A DNA stretch of 46,378 nucleotides, counting the filler, from Jimgerdemannia flammicorona (taxonomy: Eukaryota): the NCBI GenBank assembly GCA_003990765.1. It is 2 parts of 2 records of this genome, joined end to end, with 100 filler letters (N's around TTAATTAATTAA, not from the genome) between each part and the next. Parts side by side here need not be neighbours in the genome. Positions count along the whole stretch, not along the records: positions 1 to 23,139 come from RBNJ01001152.1; 1 more part is not named here. One strand, 5' to 3'. The notes under the pieces were generated by a model. The model was given only the letters and a program-made list of their open reading frames with translations. It made no database searches and was not told where the DNA came from. Position 1 is the first letter of the stretch, and each line of letters starts with the position of its first letter. The position numbers and the translations under genes were made by a program. Of the stretch, positions 1 to 14,900 are shown piece by piece.

Positions 1-131
1 GGTATGATTGAGTTACTGTATAATAGCTAGCCTAGATTAATGAGGGGGCAGTGCTTGGTGGGTGGTGGAAGAGGGTTTTGGTCTATATAGTCTAGGTTCA
101 CTTCTAATAAAAATCTGCAGAACTTAAAGTC

Positions 132-192
<61 letters not shown>
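1..192 (+). mobile_element. 3' end of a LINE-like retroelement with poly(A) tail
   Basis: G-rich, CpG-free sequence, AATAAA near 106 and an A-tract at 136-192. Same layout as the 3' end of the LINE at 1571-3826. Confidence 0.6.
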
Positions 193-195
<3 letters not shown>

Positions 196-1119
196 AGATG
201 TAATCTAAGAACTACTCTTTCTAGATAATAGTGCTCAAACCAAATGAGTCAATTCAAATCAAATCTGGATTCAATTTGTCACATGACAGTTTGATCTGAA
301 TCTCAAATCCAAAGTTATCTAAATCAACTTGAATTAATCCAAATCACTCCATCTGAATTGTCCCATCTGAATTACTCATCCAAATTACCTCATCTGAACC
401 ACACCATCCAAACCACTCAATCTGAATCACTTAATCCAAATCACTCAATCTAAATCACTCAATCTGAATTACTCAATCCAAATCCTGCAATTCAAATCCT
501 CCAATTTGAATCCTCCAATTTGAATCCTTCAATCCAAATCCTCATCCAAATCCTTCAACCAAATCCTCCAATCTAAATCCTCCAATCTGAATTCTCCACA
601 TGACTCATATACCAGACATATCTACATATACAATACACATACACATATAAATACACACACATATACATACAAACATATGTTGACAGATCAGTCTTCAATA
701 GTTCACAGTACCAATAATGCTTCAAGTTAAATATCTCTGATAGTTCCACACCTTCCATGTAATCCTCACTCCAAAATCTGACAATATTGTACTAAGATAG
801 GAGATGATATTGTTTGTAATTATTGCAGGTAAAAAATTAAGATATATCTATTGATATAACTGATACTTTTGTTTAATACACACATAATACTATTTCATTC
901 ACCCCCATAAACTGCACTAGCCAGAAGTTCAAAATGCTTGATGGTATAACTTTGAACATATATTGATATATAAAAGACAAGCACTCTGACAAAATCAAAA
1001 AGAACAGGAAGACAAATAAAATCAACATCCAAGCTGTGATGGGTATGTTTATCTAATTGTCTGACCATTTCTGTACCAACAACCCTATTTAATCAAAAAT
1101 ATTTAACCATACTCTTTAG

Positions 1120-4100
1120 CAGAATTTCGAAATCAGCTCATTTGCTGGATTGTGTACAAAGACCAGCCATTTACAACCATCAAGAGTGATCAATTGCACA
1201 GTATCTTTGGTCTCCTCAAGTATGATTTATATTTGCCAAGTATCAATACTATTCGCAAAGATGTCCTGAAGGACAATCTCCACCAGATATTTCAGGTAAA
1301 ATAAGGGCAGCACTATGACCTTTGCAAGCTAAATTATATATATATTTTTATAAAGTGCTCACCAATTTAACCTCACATTCAATAAGCAGAATTCAGCAGG
1401 CAAAATTTTATTTATAATTGACATATAGATATCTCCCAATGCAATTTTATTTCTGAGCATTATCAGTTATTAGATTGACCTCAATTGGTAGCTTAAATCT
1501 CTCACCCTTGACTTTGTCAAACTTGCTGGCCCTCATTCTGGAGACAACATTGCAGATGCTTTTATTAGCTGGAGTATTAGAAGAGATGGCAGCCCTCTGT
1601 AACTATGTCCTTCTGAATGGAAAGTGGATTGGCGAGCAGGACTTGGGGCTGGTGGCCTTATTGTTCAAAGATAAGGGGTGAAGAGAGGACTGGAAGAATT
1701 GGAGGCTGATCATGCTTCTAGATATGGACAGGAAGATAGTGATTAAGGTGATTGTTGCAAGGTTACAGAAGGTGACCCAACAGGTTCTGGGTGAGGAGCA
1801 GTGAGGCTTTGTGGGAGGTTGGCTTATCAGGGATGGGTGCATGGCATCATTGAGGGAGCCCAGGCCTGTAGACTGGATGGTCGATTGGTCTTCTTGGATC
1901 AGAAGAAGGTATATAACTGTGTTTAGTGAGTATGGCTTGGCAAGGTGCTGGATAGAATTGGTGTTCCTCCAAGGTTTCAGGCTTCTATGTTGAGTTTGTT
2001 GGAGGGCAGTAGGGTGGCACTGTTGTGTAATGGTCACTGGGGTTTGGCATTTCCCTTGGGAAGAGGAGTTCCTCAGAATGATCCACTGTCTCCTATCTTC
2101 TATGCCCTTTTATTGGAACCTTTGATGGATAGGATTCATTGAAGGGTGGCAGGGCTCTCTATATATGGTGTGGTGTGGAAGGTGGGGGCCTTTGTGGATG
2201 ATATGATAGTTGGACTGGGTTCAGTAGCGGATGTCGAGGCACTTAAGGAGACAGTGGAATGGTATGAGGGGCACTCTGGGGCAAAACTCAACTGGTATAA
2301 GTGTGAGACTATGGTGTTAGGGAATAGACTGGTGGGAGGGGATGTCATTGGAACAATTGTCCCCACTGGAGAGGTGGTGTGGTATTTGGGTATCTTTCTT
2401 TCGGTATATGGATCTGTCTTGCCACAAGTGTGGTGGGAGAGGAGAGTGGCTATCTGGGGAGAAACTCTTAGAGATTGGGGGGGTCGCCACATCTCCCTGG
2501 CAGAGAGGATGTTGATTCTGAATGTCTACTGGTTCCCCAACCTGTAGTATGTGGCCTACCACCTTGACTTCCCAGCTTGGGTGGTGAAGAGGCTGACAAA
2601 ATTGGCTAGAGATTGGATTTGGGCAGGGAGGAGGTCCCAGATCAGCTGGGAGACTCTTGTAATACCAGTGGTTAGGGAAGGCCTTGGCCTAGTGGACTTC
2701 TCTAAGTGGCTGCACTGCCTGAGGGCTTGGTGGTTGAAACAGACTGTTGAACTGCAGGGGGGAGGATGGGTGCCACTGCTGCAGAAGGTGTGGGAGGTGA
2801 GGTTCTCCCCTCAGGGGTCCTCCAGAGACTTACTCTCACTGGTGGGCCTGACTGGAAGCCACTGGCTTCAGTATAAGGGCTCTGGTGGGGGGTGGTGGAG
2901 GGGGCACATCAGATAGGACTGCACTGGCAGGATAATGAGGGGGAGATGCTGTGGGGTCCAGCTATGTGGTGATGGGACAGACTCCTCCTGGGGAGTGTCC
3001 CACTTGCTGAGTTTGATATTGGTGATGGAGTGGAGTGTCAGCAGGGTCTTAGACAGGATCTCTGGCTGAGTAGCTGGCAGGCCATGGAGATTGGAGAGAA
3101 GTGGGACTGGGCAGGTGTCTGGTTATGGAGTGTTGAGGTGCAATGGTGGCTTTCTCCTAAGTTCTGGGTAGTATGGTGGAGGCTGCTGAGGAGGAATGTC
3201 ATGTTGAATTTCCAAGCTGGCCATCTGGTGGAAGGGGGCCATTTCGATTGTGAGGAGTGTTATAATGTAGGGTAAGTTGGGGGTTTTGTACAAACACCTG
3301 AACATTGGCTGGGAGAGTGTGAGGTTCTGGGGGACTTTTGGATAGTGGTAGGGAATCAGCTGGGTGTGGAGAGGAGACCAGATGGAGAGTGAGGTCGCTG
3401 GGAGGATCTGGAATCTCAGCTGGTGGGTGGTTTGGGAAATGGTTGGCTCACTTTAGGGTGGGTGTTAGCAGTATGAGTTGGGTTGGCTGGACACTGGCTT
3501 TTTGTTTTTGAGAAGGGGCGACAGATGGGTTTGCGGGAGAAGCTATTAAGGTGGGAGGGGTTGATGGGGGACATGCTGACTGGGTGGTGGGTGGGTTGGG
3601 GGCCACAGAGTGGTAAGCATCATCACCTGGTGGAGGGTATATGTGACCAGAGTAGTGGGCAGGTGGAGATGGTGTTAGACAAAGTGGTCTTTTACCACAA
3701 AGGGGTAGGAGGGTGGGGCCCCCCTAGGGGGATTGGATAGAGTTGGGTATTGTGTATTATTTAGATGATAGATGGTGGTTAATAAAGGGAGAAGTCCAAG
3801 TGACTATAAAAAAAAAAAAAAAAAAAAGATACTTTTATTAGCTATATTCAGGAGCTTGAGATCACAACCAAGGTAAAAAAAGGAGGGCTTGCCATCAGGT
3901 CAGTATTTTGAGAGAGGTTCTAAAATAAAACAGATTTTATTGGTTATTTATTTTTACATAAATTTGCTAACTGAATATTTCAAGTACAGATTTTGGCAAT
4001 TAGGATAGATAATGCTACAAACAATTCAACATTTTTCCAAGTTTTAGCAGCCAGCCTCAAATAGAAAAACATGGTCTTTAGTATAGAAAGCTGCCATGTA

Positions 4101-5500
4101 TGATATCAGGTCCACATACTGAACCTCGCTGTTCAGGACTATCTTATACATATAGACCAAACATCTGAGAGAGGAGGGGTTCTGAGTATAATTTTCAAGC
4201 TACACAAACTAGTTATATCAGTCTGATCATCCCCACAATGATGAGACAAATTTGCTGTACAGTGTAGGACAATTAGTTTAGCCCCAAAAGAGCTTATATT
4301 GGACATCTATATATATTGAAACTCAATATTTGCAATGATCCAGCACATGCTGGAGTTTGCTATGGTATATATTCTTTTTTCTTTAGTTGGCTGAAGCAAC
4401 TTGTTTTAGATAATAGAAGATTTTTTTTTTTTAAAAAAAAAAAAAACCAAAAAAAGCCAATAGATTTAATGGTAGCTGCTGATAAGGAAATACAGAGCAA
4501 GACTTTAGGTGAAAGCAAGTGGGATGTACTTAGGAATGTTACCAGAGTTTTGGAAGTAAGTAGTGATTGCTCTGGCTCTATACTTATTTTGTCTGTCTCT
4601 GCATAATGTAATACCTCACCACATATAACTACCAGTGTTTCAACAATTGTATGAAGGATATAGTCAAACAAATGACCCCAACAATAAGCTCTGCAATACC
4701 AGTATACAACCTTCTGATTGACCAGCTAGAGGATAAGCTCAAGGACAGGCTAGAGGGTTGTAGTGATTTACAGTTAAGTCCAGATCAGAGAGATGCTGTA
4801 GAGGTTGCTCTAAGCAAGCTCAGAAAATACTACTCCAAAACAGATACCACTATATACTCAATCAGTACAGGTATGTTGACATGTAGTCATTGTTTCTTCC
4901 AAAACAGAAAAATCCCTGCAAAATCTCACTCTCTTTTCTCTAAACAGTGCTGGACCCATGCTTAAAGCTACAATACCATAAAGATCAGAGCTGAGACCAG
5001 TACTTCATTGAGAGCACCAAGCAGGCCATAATCAAAGTGTACTGGAAAAACTATGTACTACTGCAAGGTTCTGACTGAAGTCTGGACAAATATACCAAGA
5101 GATTCCTCTTGTCTCATATTTACTTCAGCAGAAAGAGGAAGAGGGAGCCATCAGTGAAAGAGCTGTCATCAATAGATAAACTTACCATTTACCTCACCAG
5201 CAACTGCATGATCCTGCCAGAGGGTGTAGAGATACTCAACTGGTGGAAGGTGGGTTATCAGACAGGCATTGGGCCAATTTAACCCACCAATCTAACCACC
5301 ACTCTACCCACTAGAGTGTGCAGCTACATTGAATGGACTTCTCCAGCCTCTATAGTATAGCTCAGGACTATCTGATGATTCCTGCCTCCAGTGCTCCCAT
5401 TGAGTGGGTGTTCTCAGGTAGGATGGACCTCTTTGCCCCAAAGAGATGTATACTGAATACTGAGACAATCTGGGCTTATATGTGTCTGAAGTCTTAGTGG
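1120..5500 (+). pseudogene. hAT transposase pseudogene (intron-containing, interrupted by a LINE)
   Basis: Readable motifs: LICWIVYKDQPFTT, LDFVKLAGPHSGDNIADAF, DNATNN...HILNLAVQ, KLRKYYSK, ILNWWK, and the hATC dimerisation segment AQDYLMIPASSAPIEWVFS. Many stop codons. The start is approximate. Confidence 0.85.
1571..3826 (+). mobile_element. 5'-truncated LINE (L1/Tx1-like RT and C-terminal region), pseudogenised
   Basis: RT motifs DWKNWRLIMLLDMDRK, GVPQNDPLSP, FVDD and VWYLGI. AATAAA at 3781 and a poly(A) tail at ~3808-3826. 17-bp TSD AGATGCTTTTATTAGCT (1554-1570) / AGATACTTTTATTAGCT (3827-3843). Confidence 0.92.
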
Positions 5501-5699
5501 GGCTTGGACTCAGACTGCTAAAATTCAGTGGGTTCTGGAGTAAAATTCAGTGGGTCCTGGGGGTTTGCAGATAAGTTGGTTGGCCTTGTGAAATATTTAA
5601 CACCTTTCAAAAATAAAAGGAAAAAAAACCTAAGAACTTGGCTCAGAGTTTATAGCCCAAGTGAGGCAGTGGTCAGCAGGGTTGGTGGTGGTGGAGAGA

Positions 5700-6600
5700 G
5701 CATGCAAAATTTGCAGTCCTCTACCAGCAGCAAGGGGCAGCCCCAAGCTATCAGTGCCCAGGTCGGTGGACAGATTGGTGGGTGCAGAGTCACAGAGAGA
5801 GCTTAAAATTTGTGGCTCTCTGCTGGCAGCAGGGGTAGCCCCAAGCTACAAGTATCTGGGACTGGGGGGTTGGTGGAGAGGGAGGTAGGCAGAGAGAGCA
5901 CACAAAATTTGCAGCCCTCTGCCAGCAGTGAGGGGCAGCCCCAAGCTATTAGTGCTCAGATCAGTGGGCAGGGTCAGTTGGTGCAGGGTTGGTGGAGGAA
6001 ACATGCAAAATTTATGGCCCTCTGCTAGCAGCAAGAGGCAGCTCTAAGCTACAAGTATCCAGAATAGGCAGGGCAGGTGGAGGGGCTCCCCCCAGCAGCC
6101 TGTGTCTGGGCCAGGGGTTGGTGGGGTTAGCAGAGAGAGTACACAAAATTTTCAGCTCTTTAGTAGCAGTATAGAGGTAACCCCAAGCCACCAAGGAGTC
6201 TGAGTCTAGGGTGGAGAGTACTTCTGGTGGTTGGAGGGTACTTCTGGCAGTCAGAGGGTGCTTCTGGCAGTCAGAGGGCATTTCTGGTAGTCAGAGAGTA
6301 CTTCTGGCTATTGAAGTCCACCACAGATTTAGGCTCCATTACTAGTTCTAGTCCCATGAGCACCCTGGCCCTGTGCTGCAGTACCATACTAGTAGTACTA
6401 CAGAGTAGAGCCAAGGAGCCAATAGGGCCCAGCATAATGGCTAAACTAGTACTACAGAAGAGGCACCTGGCTGCCAGCCCAACCTGTATAAAATGACTGC
6501 TAAACTCTTATAAAAGATTGCCTAACCCTTATAAAAGATTGCCTAACCCTCACAAAAGATTGCCTAACCCTTATGAAACATTACCTAACTTTTACAAAAA
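5700..6600. repeat. Degenerate tandem repeats inside the hAT element
   Basis: Recurring CAAAATTT..CTCT..AGCAG..GGGGCAGCCCCAAGCT units, CTTCTGGCAGTCAGAGGG units (~6240-6310) and TTGCCTAACCCTTATAAAAGA units (~6500-6590). Confidence 0.7.
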
Positions 6601-7849
6601 CTGCTCCACTCTCCAGTCCCAGGCCTTGATGAGCCTGTCATCTGTTGTGAGTGTAATGACTGTTGTGTCCAAGCTCTCCTCAAAGGCAACAGTACTGTAG
6701 TGGTTGTGTGGTTGAAATAGGATGGCTGTATTGGCCACAAACGGGACCCTAAAACTATAGGTAAGGTCATAACAGACTCTGCTACTATTCTCTCAGATTG
6801 GGCCCTTCCTTTCTGGGATATAGAATATTACTGGGGTGATATTGTTATCTGTATATATGGGTAAAGAAATGTTGTACCTAATGTATCCTAATGTGATATA
6901 AGTATACAGTTGGGTGAACTCTTGGCCCAGAACCTCATACTGTCAGGCTGTACTGATGGATGCCTGTTCTTGGTCCAGCCTTGGGAGCCCTGGCTTGGAA
7001 ACCTACCAAAACAGACAGCATCTGGTCAGTCTTTTTTGTGTGTAGGGGGGCAGAAATCCCCCAGGCCACAGAAATCCCCAAGGCTGCAGCACTCAAAAAA
7101 GGCAGAGCTTCTCACCTCATATGGCATGCTAAATTATGCCAAGAATATATATATATATAACCATGCTGAGATCACCACCAAGCTGGCCTGCTATATACTC
7201 TACCAATCTGCTCAAAGAACCCCAGATCACAGCTGCCATCACTGCATAGACTGTGTTTTGCTCACATACAGTTTGTTCTTCAATGGTACTTCTAAAGTTC
7301 CAGTAGGGATATAGAATCTTGTGCATCTCTGAAATTGTATCAAAAAGAGTATATCAGTGAAGAGTGTGATTATTTGAGAAGAAGTAAAAAAAAAGAGAGA
7401 TGAGTGTGGGGGATTTCAGAACTCTGGAACCCACCCTTCACCAGTGTTGCAGTATATCCAATTTCCATCCATACCCCCCCTTCTTACTTTTTTTGCCCCC
7501 TCTTTCCAGCCACCCAGTATTTGACATAATTCTCACAAATCTTATTGATATGGTAGCAAAACTTATTGCCATAGAGGTTTCTTACCACCATCACAACTAC
7601 CTCTCCATATTTGTTAATAATAATATAGTTCTCTTTGTCATTGGTTACTCCTGCTGGCCAATGGACCCCTTGGTCAAGAATGATTGACTCTGATTTGAAT
7701 GTAGACCCCCAAGCCTTGATGATTACTCATGCTGAACATCTTGCCCTTGAATTTCTCTATTTGATCAGATACTAGATATGGTTGAACTCAGGTAACTTTG
7801 AACTCTCCTTTTCAATGGAACTGAGCTCTGATCTGAAGGACCAAGATAA

Positions 7850-7995
7850 TTGTATGGATAGGTTGTATGTAGATAAATTGTATGCAGATGAGTTGCATGC
7901 AGACAGATTGCATGCAGATGGATTACTTACAGATGGGTTGCATATAGACAGATTGCATATGGATGGGTTGCATGCAGACAGGTTGTGTGCAGGTG
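7850..7995. repeat. 15-bp degenerate tandem repeat (GAYRGRTTGCATGCA-like)
   Basis: About 9 units, visible directly. Confidence 0.7.
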
Positions 7996-8992
7996 TCATG
8001 TGGGTGTTTTAGAGAGAGACTACATAAAAAAAATGAAGTTAAATAAAACATAGAGATAGATATTTCAGAAAAGAGCATGAGTGAGTAAGTTGAATACTGA
8101 TGAGTTGCAAGATTACTCATGAAGGCTTACTTCTGTTCCTTTTTAGACTTCTGCCATATGATACATTGACTCAATAGCTCAGCCACCAAAGGCATGTCCT
8201 GCAACATCTGCCAGCCTTTCTTCATCTTGACCAGATATTGCAAATAAATCAACAGATCTCACCATAGAGCTGTGGACTCTAAGAAAAGTATGAGGTGAAT
8301 TGGACCATACTGGGGAAAATTAAAAAAAATAAAAAACAAGTAAATAAGTGGCAGCAGAATAAGCAACCTACATCTACTATCAGCTGCTCCAAAAAGGCCA
8401 CTACATATATAGCTGTGAGGTCTATGAATTCAGATGTCTGAAGGGCTACTGTGAGTTGTTGCCAGAATTCTCTCTCATCCCCACCATCACCACCACCATC
8501 ACCACTGCCATCACCATTGCCACCACTATTACCACTGCCATTACTCCTTTATCTCTCAATGAGCAGCTTGTATACTACCCATATGAGAAAGAATCTAACA
8601 TTATTAGCAGAGAGACATTTCTATCTTGAATACTCCCTCTTTTGATGATCATTATAGGGTAAAAATGAGTAGACTGGACCAATGTATGATTAAGGGCTGC
8701 TATTTTGTTTGCTTGTAATTGTTGCAGGAAAGAAAAAGAACAAAAAAAAAGAACAAAGAAAGAACAAAAGAAGAGAGAGAACAAAAGAAAGAGTGATGTC
8801 ACCAAAGTGTGGCAGGAAAAAAAAAAACAGAGTTGATGTCACCAAAGATTTTATATGATTAATTCAGATAGATTAATCCAGATGGATCAATCCAGATTAG
8901 ATCACAAGACCAATCAGAGTTGATTCAAATCTATCATATGATGAATCTGAATTGAATCTCATCCAGATCAATTCCATCTATTCAGAGCACTA

Positions 8993-11900
8993 CTAGATAG
9001 ACTTGGTAGCTTGTCTAAATTAGTGAGTTCTATAATCTAAGATATAGTCTACTTTGTATTCTAGTTACTATTCAATAATTACTAGATCTAGAGATAGTAT
9101 GGTTCTTTCTTCAAAAATATTTGAGATATATAGCTAAAGTTCAGATATATAAAATACTGAATAGATTTTTTTTAGTATTGCTGAGAGGTCCAACTTATAT
9201 ATAATAGATCTAGATTTTTTAAGAATATTAAATAGTCTAATATAGTAGAGTCTAAGCTTCTTTTTGGAACTTATATTACTCAGAGTCAGATACTGAGTAC
9301 TAAGTAATACTTGTTCTCTTTTTTCATAAATGACTTCTTTTCTATTTTTGTCAGAGTATCCTACTTATATTCTTTATACTTCTATAAGAGCATTTTATAC
9401 TTACTGAATATTATCTTATATGATATAAGTAATACCTTAAGCTACTAGTACTATAGTTTAGGTAATAACTATAGAAGTTTATAGATATTATTTATAGTTT
9501 AAATAGAATGATACTATCTTAGTACTTATACTTGAGCTGTTATTATATATAAATTTAGTTAAAATTAGCTTTTTGTCTCAATTATTTTACTTATAGCTAT
9601 AATAGATACTAAATATCTACTTTAGAGTTCAATTGGTTCTTTCTGTCTGACTATCTATTTGTAGATAGTATGCTATAGATATTTTTAGTTATACTCCTAG
9701 ACTCTTGAAGAGTGCTTGCCAAAAGTTACTTGTAAATTTTATATCTTAGTCTAAGATAATTACTGATAGTAATCTATAAAGACAGAATATATTATCAATA
9801 AACAGCTGTGCTATTTCTGGTACTGTTGTAGTAGTAGTTATTATATATAATAAAGTAAGTCTACTTGTTAAGATGATCAATGAAGATAATAATTACATCT
9901 CTTCTTTTCTTAATTTTTAGCAACTAGACAATAAAGTTTATTCTGATATAGTTCTAATTTCAGATAAGAATTAATAATAGCTATAGAGTCCTAGCTAGTA
10001 TCTAGTTACTAGACTTATATCTTTGATAGATATTATAAGATACAATATAATTCTTAATGTCAGATATTATTTTGAATCAGTAAAAGTCTCAGACAATATG
10101 TTAGTATATCTTGTCAAATCTCATATATTCAGCTATAGGTATATTATATAGTTCTTATAGGATTTATAAGTAGATAGAAGTGTCAGAGACCTAGAGTCTT
10201 ATATTATTAAAGTATATATATCTATTCTGTACTGATACATTCTTGTAGATCTTTTTTATAATATTACTACCTTCTTTGAGAATTTATTTAGTAATTTCTT
10301 ATATATTGTAATAGTGATCTCAGAATGGTGATATTATTATAAAAGATAGTCTTTTCTTACAAACCACCAGATTGGAGTACAAGAAGATCATATAGTATAA
10401 CTTATCCAAACTATAAGATAAGCAATAATGATCAACTATGAGTCATAATAACTACAAGATAGACATCTTAAGAAATATAAAAGAAGGACCAGAAACTATA
10501 GTAGCAGTAACTCCAATAAGACTCACTATAAATAAAATATTTGCTACTTACCAAACCACAAGATCTAGGAACTACTAAGGTTTCTCAGTCTAAGAAAAAA
10601 TGTTCCAAGACATCAGAAGAGCTATGAAGACTCATACTAGAAGAATTCCTAGTCTCAACTTAAGTACTAGTGACTCTTACCACTTTACTCTCTACTGTTG
10701 TGAAATAGAGACAAGGATTACTACTGCTACTAAATACCTCTGGATGTGGTAGAAATATGAAATAAGAAATCTCCTTTGCTGAGAATTCCCCCAGACCAGT
10801 CTCTAAGAGATATAAGATGACATCTCTATGAATGTATATAAATTGAGAGTAGCCAAAAAGATCTATCAGGTCTTCAGACATGCATTTTGGTCAATTCTCA
10901 ACTTGGAGTATACTGGAGTCTCAGACTTTAAGAAATTATCAGCCCACTATATGGATATACTAGAAGCCATAGTGGCTACAGAAGCCCAATCCACCATCAC
11001 TCTCAAAAGTGATGAGATAGAAGAGTTCTGGAATTCTATCCTTCAGGACAATCTGAATTAATTTCTGTAAGGATTAATCTCAGTATTTCAAGACCCCAGT
11101 ATCCAGATCAGACCTTCTCAAGATCTCACCTTTGTCTCCTACTTTGTAGAGGAAAATATCATAGATTAGAGAGCCTCAGATCTCTTTCTCACCACTATTA
11201 AACATGATGATATCATCAGCAATGATGTCATTCCACTAATCAATACATGTGAAATAAATAAAATACTTGTAAAAATGCTTGCTGATCTTATTTTCTTTGA
11301 AGATATCTTATCTCTGACCTCTAGCCTTAATGATAGTGATGAAGACAAAGCCCATAGGATTTTGAACATTATACTCTAATTTATTTATATAACTATTTGT
11401 TTGAATACTTAAATATTCTGATATTCAGACCTTATATAACTATCAGAAATTATTCCAGTATTCTGATCTTATATAACTAATTATACAGGCACTTAAATTT
11501 GTACTTACAATCTGAAGTTTTTTGTATTCAAATATCTCATTTGATTATTAAATTTTATATTTAGCTTTATATCTTAGCAACTATTGAATTACATTTTGTA
11601 TAAATACCCCTCTCATTTTCTTTGAAATAAAGTAAAACACTCAAACATTCAAGTATCCAACTACTCAAGAGTACAAAAGTTCTAATCCTCTACTCAATTT
11701 CATATAAGTAAATTTAAGAAACAATAGAGTTTAAAGATAAGAAGTTTGAGAACTATAAGACCTTGGAAAGGTATTCTAATAGAACTTACTTATAAGAAAC
11801 TTGTAGTTAGTCTAAGAGATATACCTTGAAGAGAATCTGATATACTTGGAGAACTTAGTATCCCCTATGTGACAATATTGACATCCTTGGTATACTTCTT

Positions 11901-14900
11901 CTTAACTTCTTCTAATAGGCTAGTGATAATGTTACTAATTATAGTAAGATTATCTTTCTGAGTACTCTGAGAGAGTATATCAGCTACTTCATTCTTGGTT
12001 CCAGCAATATGCTTGATTTTAACATTAAAGAGTATAAGGATCTATATCTATTAAGTCTGTCTTTCTATGAGAATTAGCTATATCTAAATATATCAGAGAA
12101 CTTGATAGTCTGTCTATAAGATAAATATTTTACTAAAGAGGAAATATCTTTATTCTTACAGAGATCAGATAATAGTGAGAATTTCTTATCTTATATAAGT
12201 ATAGTTTCTTTTATATTCATTTAGTTTCTGAGATAGATAGGTGACAAAATATTTATGTTTAGTTAGGGTAGCTCTAATAGTAATATTTGAAGCATCAGTA
12301 GTAACTATGAAGAGTTCTGTTAGATCAGAACAGATTAAGATCAATATATTAGTTAGTATTCTCTTTAAGGATATTTATGGCTATAGTGTATCCTTCTGTT
12401 TATTCTTTTTCAATATTGGTTCTCTTCTTGGTAAGACTTATGAGTGAGTCTACAATTATACAAAATTCTTAAATAAATCTTTTATAATATCTTACTAATC
12501 TATTGAATCCTTATAGAGACTTAAGAGTCTTCAGAATTGATCAATTGCAGATTACTTAGATCTTTTTAAGATTGATAGCAATACTATTTTCTGAGATAAT
12601 ATATCTTAGGTATTCAATCTCCCTCTTAAAGAAGTAGTATTTTTTTTTTTTTTTACTGAGAGCTTATATTTACAGAGTATACTAAAAACTATTTATAGAT
12701 ATTATTAATAGATGATACTGCTTATACTATATATCAGGATATCATCTAGATAGACTAGAATGAATACTTTGAGGTATTTATAGAAAATGTCATTTATTAA
12801 TATTTGGAAGATTACTAGTATATTAGTAAGGCTAAATGGTATTATATAGAATTTATAATACTTAAATCTTATTTAAAAGACTGTCTTTAGGATATCCTCT
12901 TCTTTGATGTAAATTTGGTAGTATTCAGATATAAGATTAATGAGTGAGAAGATCTTGGTCTTATATACTTAGTTAAGTAGTTTATTGATTCATAGAAGTA
13001 TATATTGATTATTGATAGAGATCTTATTGAGTACTTAATAATCTATATATAATTATGTGGAGACTTTTATCCTTTTTATAGATAAAGAGAATAAGTGCAC
13101 CATATAGTGATTTCAATAGATGAATAAGGTCTTTGTTTAATAGTTCTGTTAATTATTCTTTGAGGATCTCTGGTTCAGATTAAACTAGTTAAGAGATTTT
13201 ATAGTAGGGAGGATCAGAACTAAGAATGATCTGAATGTAATATTCTATTGCTCAGATAGATAGCAGTTCTTAGAGTTCTTAGAATATATCTTCATATTTC
13301 TCAAATAGTTTTAGAGATTGTCCTCCTTATCATCTTCCTCCTTCAGAAGTTTAGAGAGTTTTTTATTATCTTCTTCTAAGATCTCTTTAACTATATAGAT
13401 ATATTAGTCTGATTTTTGAATCAGCTTCTTTATCTGGATAGTAGAGATAATATCACATCTAGGGTTGGTTTTCTTTTTAGTATACTCAGATTATAACTTA
13501 ATATCTCTTAGGAAAATTACATTTATTTATCAATTAATGTGAGAATTTTTCTAAGTAAGTCAGAATTTTCCAAAGTAAGATTATATTCCAGAAGATACAC
13601 AATGTAGAAGGTTTGTCTTATGGTATAATCTCTGAGTTATAAAAGTGTATTTTTGCATATTTTGAAGAGTTTCTATATTGTTCTATTTTAGAATATAGTA
13701 ATATTTTCTTCTGAATTCTTTTGTATCTTAAGATAGAATTTATTAGTAGTTTCTTTATCAAGATAGTACTTATTTGCTCTACTGTCAATAAGGATATCAA
13801 CAGGACTTCTTTTGATTTTTTCTTAGAGATAGATATATTCTATATTGTCTTCTTATTAGACAGTAATTATTTCTGAAGTAGTTTCTTCTTCTCAATTTTA
13901 TATATCTCTATCTTTATCATTAATATTCTTGATTTCTTCATCCTATCATTCTGAAATAGTTAGCTTATACTTCTTAGATTCAATACATATAATATATTCT
14001 CTTATATATTCAAAATAGTATATCTTAATTCCATAAGAATATCACTCTGTAGGAACATATCTATCAGTAATATACTAATACTATTTCTGATCCTGATTTT
14101 GAGGTTCTTCAATACAGATAATCTTCTATACCTTGGTCTTTTTATTAGCCTTGTCAGGATGTTTTTCTGTTGATCCAAAGGCTCTTTCTTCTCTATCAGA
14201 TGGTAATAGTTTATTTATTTCTTCAACTTTGATATTATTATATATTACCTCAATAATAACTTAGGTGATTTATTTTCTACATATGATTTCAACTGCTTTT
14301 TATTTAGTATTATATAGTAGGATCTTGATTTCATCTTTGAATTCTTGGTCTACAACTCCTCTAGCTATATGGAGTCTCTTTTTCTTAGCCAGACTACTCC
14401 TTTCTATCAGACAGATATAGATTTCTTTGGGGACTTCTATTTTAACCTCTATGCTAATAGTTGCTTGCTTGTCTGGTTTAATGGTTACTTCTATGCTTGA
14501 GTAGAGATTATAGCTAGTATCAGATTTATATACTTTATCTGAGATTTTTACAGTAATATAAAATCTCTTAATCTTGATTTTCTCAGTAATTTCTTTGAGA
14601 TTATCTTCTATTATAGTAATAGTATATAAGAAGAATAGTCTTTTATTTATATTGGTCTTCTTATCAGAACATTTTCAGAACATATATATATTCTTTCTTT
14701 TTGCAGTAGAAATATACTCTTTTTTTTATGAGTTCTTCTATTTCCTTATTAGATAGTTTCTTAAATCTATCTTATAGTCTTGAGAACTTATTTCAGAGTT
14801 TGTACTTCTTCTTAAATTGATGTTGTTTATCTCCTTTATTGTTATTTCTATTGTCTCTTAATCTTTGAGCTACATATAAGGATAATATATACTCTAGTAA

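Larger units (their letters stand above)
229..8992 (+). mobile_element. Degenerate hAT DNA transposon
   Basis: TIRs TAGTGCTC (229-236) and GAGCACTA (8985-8992). 8-bp TSD CTAGATAA (221-228) / CTAGATAG (8993-9000). Decayed ATCCG/ATTCG-type subterminal repeats at both ends and internal transposase remnants. Confidence 0.9.

Noticed and set aside
5597..6910. Possible piggyBac (TTAA-CAC) or Tc1 (TA-CAGT) ends inside the hAT
   Set aside because: No matching partner end found.
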